Source: Octopus bimaculoides (taxonomy: Eukaryota). Taken from it: a DNA stretch of 64,000 bases. Shown here one piece after another: positions 61,760-64,000 of this stretch (position 1 is the stretch's first letter; each line of letters begins with the position of its first letter). The DNA lies in assembly GCF_001194135.2 (NCBI RefSeq), contig NC_068981.1, positions 37,369,940-37,433,939 on the forward strand, in the 5' to 3' direction. The translations under genes and the position numbers were made by a program. Below the pieces are notes generated by a model, which had not been told where the DNA came from, did not search any database, and saw only the letters and a program-made list of their open reading frames with translations.

Positions 61760-62150
61760 TGCAGATGCAGGTATGACTTAGTTATCTTAAATTCTACTTC
61801 TAAATTACGAGCATCCACGTTCAATTTCTCCCTCTATGTGGCACCTTGAACAAGTCTTTTTTATTTTATGTAGCCTCATCATGTTTCAAGTCTTGGAAGT
61901 GATCTTGTGTAAGCAGAAACTTTGTAGGGGACCCATCCAATGGATTGTGTCCATAACTCAATGGTTCGTCATATATTGTGTTAAGCTGATTTGGTCTGTG
62001 CCACTTACATAATCATTTAATAAGTAGGTGGTCCAGTTGAATCAAACATCTGAATGCTCATTGTTAAAACTGAACTGATGAGGGAGCCTCTATGCAAGAG
62101 TTTGACCTACTAAAAATAACAGCCAAATGTCACTCAAATCATAAAGCAGT
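61760..62150 (+). mobile_element. SINE B head joined to module D
   Basis: GTGGCACCTTGAACAAG head, then GGGAGCCTCTATG...CTACTAAAAATAACAGCCAAATG. Confidence 0.6.
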
Positions 62151-63679
62151 GTGAATATACATCTGATGCATTCACTGCAACCCTGGAAAATTTGGATCCA
62201 TGTTGATCCACAACTTTCAAATCAGTCCATGTGCAGCATTTATAGTAGATCTCCAAGCTTTACAGTCTGCTACTGTTGATAGTGTAAATATAGTTAAAGA
62301 AATTTGCCAAATGTAACTGCATTTTTGAAACATTAACTCTTTTTACTGGTTTAATTGGATTATGTGGATATGTGTTGTGGCATAGGAACAGTGCAAAACA
62401 TTCTGCCATTTTTAGAAAATTCTAGATACACTGTCTACCTAGCAAAGAACAATGTGGTGATCATCGATTATATTCCTATCTCTTCTTTATTATGGCTGAC
62501 CTGGGATTAATAATGACAGCAATCATAACAGTTAAATAGTTATCGAATTAATAGAGTTGTTGATGTTTAATCTGGATCTGCCATGATTGAGTTGAAATAT
62601 GATAAAAGGCCATCCAGTCATGACCACGCCAACAAGTTTTTATGAATTACACATGCCAAGGACAAACAATATCTAGTATGGTCTGCCTTGTTTGATGTGG
62701 TAACATGTCATGTGCATGAAATTTAGCAACTATTCTTGCAAATCTAGTTTGCACTTATAAACCTCTCTCTTTAAATGATGATCTACATGAATGTGAATTC
62801 GATTGTAAAATACAAACAAAAGTATTATAATAGATATCGGCCTGTGATGATATAAAAGAGATTGAGATATTCTTAGGCATACTGATGTAGAAATTAACAT
62901 GGCTGGGAGACAATAGCATCTTTTTGTTTATATTTCTGACTTTATAGAACAAAAAATCTTTTCCCCAATTTTCTACTTTATGATGGCAATCCTTTGGAAT
63001 ATCTCTTCTATCCACATATTTTCCTCCTAATTGTTTACAATCAGCACTTCAATATGAACATTTAACCTCTCAACATAATCTAGTTATCCAGATCATGCAA
63101 TACTGAGCAGTTCACAAAATAAATACATGGCAAACAGAAGCCTGTTGGCTATGCCCCCTATCTCACGAAGATTAACAGAAAAGAGAAACTCAAGTATAAG
63201 GGAATACTAAAATTACATCTCCAATTTTTAGGCACATTTTTTCTCCATGACATCAATAAGTCAAAGAGCAGATTTCATGCTTCAGTTACTATAGTAAACT
63301 ATGTTATTTATTTATTTTGTCTAAAGAGAAAAGAAGCAAAAGTGTTAATATTATAACAGGAATATATTCCATGCGGAAGCTATACATCAGCTTCATATAA
63401 CCATAAATAATATGACTTTCATAACATTCATTTATTTCCAATTAGTTTGTTTACCTGAGTTAAGAATTATTCCTTTAGAGACTCAATACCTCGCCATTCA
63501 ATAAGTCTATATTTGTCTTGTGTAAAAGTATATCACCTGTAGCGTATAATAGTTATAGAAGAAGTTAGTAAGTTATTGATAGAATACAAGAATATAATGA
63601 GATTTACCGTTTATGTCAGTAGCAAAATAACCCACAGAAGACCATAGACTAAGTAATGAATATGCTCTCATATGTTATA

Positions 63680-63711
<32 letters not shown>

Positions 63712-63817
63712 CACACACATACATATATACACACACACACACACACACATATATATACACCTTTATATATGTAATATATATATATGATATTTGTAAGTAT
63801 ATACATATATACATTAA

Positions 63818-64000
63818 GAGAATGAATGGGAGAAAGAGAGCCTGCCGTATGTCGACCCAATAGAGGGACCAGCTATCCGAGTTGATAGTACCAGGGTAGA
63901 TAAAGCAATTAAGAGTATGAAGACCGGGAAAGCCCCCGGCCCATCAGGAATCACTGCAGAGATGCTCAAAATATCTGGCAGTGTTGGCTATAGCCTAGTC
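63818..64000 (+). mobile_element. RTE-clade LINE, start of the RT region, 5'-truncated and running off the window
   Basis: Open frame ENEWEKESLPYVDPIEGPAIRVDSTRVDKAIKSMKTGKAPGPSGITAEMLKISGSVGYSLV, directly after a (TA)-rich repeat. Confidence 0.9.

Noticed and set aside
6899-63863. Dozens of ORFs rich in YI, HT, CV, RE or SL dipeptides, or in X
   Set aside because: They are translations of (TA)n, (CA)n, (GA)n microsatellites and N-gaps.

Overview
This is AT-rich animal DNA, not prokaryotic. It is most likely intronic or intergenic sequence from an octopus draft assembly, inferred from the SINE families, dense (TA)/(CA)/(GA) microsatellites and short N-gaps. There are no CRISPR arrays, operons, rRNA or true tRNA genes, and most ORFs in the supplied track are translations of microsatellites or gaps. 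The window is a layered transposon landscape. It holds four recurrent retroposon modules, labelled here A, B, C/E and D. It also holds RTE LINE fragments, four Penelope-like element (PLE) pieces, a probable RLE-class LINE relic, three mariner fragments, a DD37D (maT) transposase relic, possible Merlin and Tigger relics, Helitron/Helentron-type pieces and two MITEs. One convincing host exon lies at 47461-47553 (- strand, 93 nt, no family recognised), and several weaker micro-exon candidates lie on both strands. The best leads are: PLE-associated hammerhead ribozyme motifs (one with a complete catalytic core at 30087-30138), an inverted-arm PLE, a retroposon 5' junction extended in telomerase register, repeated insertion of one retroposon into the same hinge of another, a triple RUNX-consensus cluster, and a frame-consistent micro-exon chain. 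Element boundaries are approximate (tens of bp). Family assignments come from manual translation and motif recognition, not database searches.
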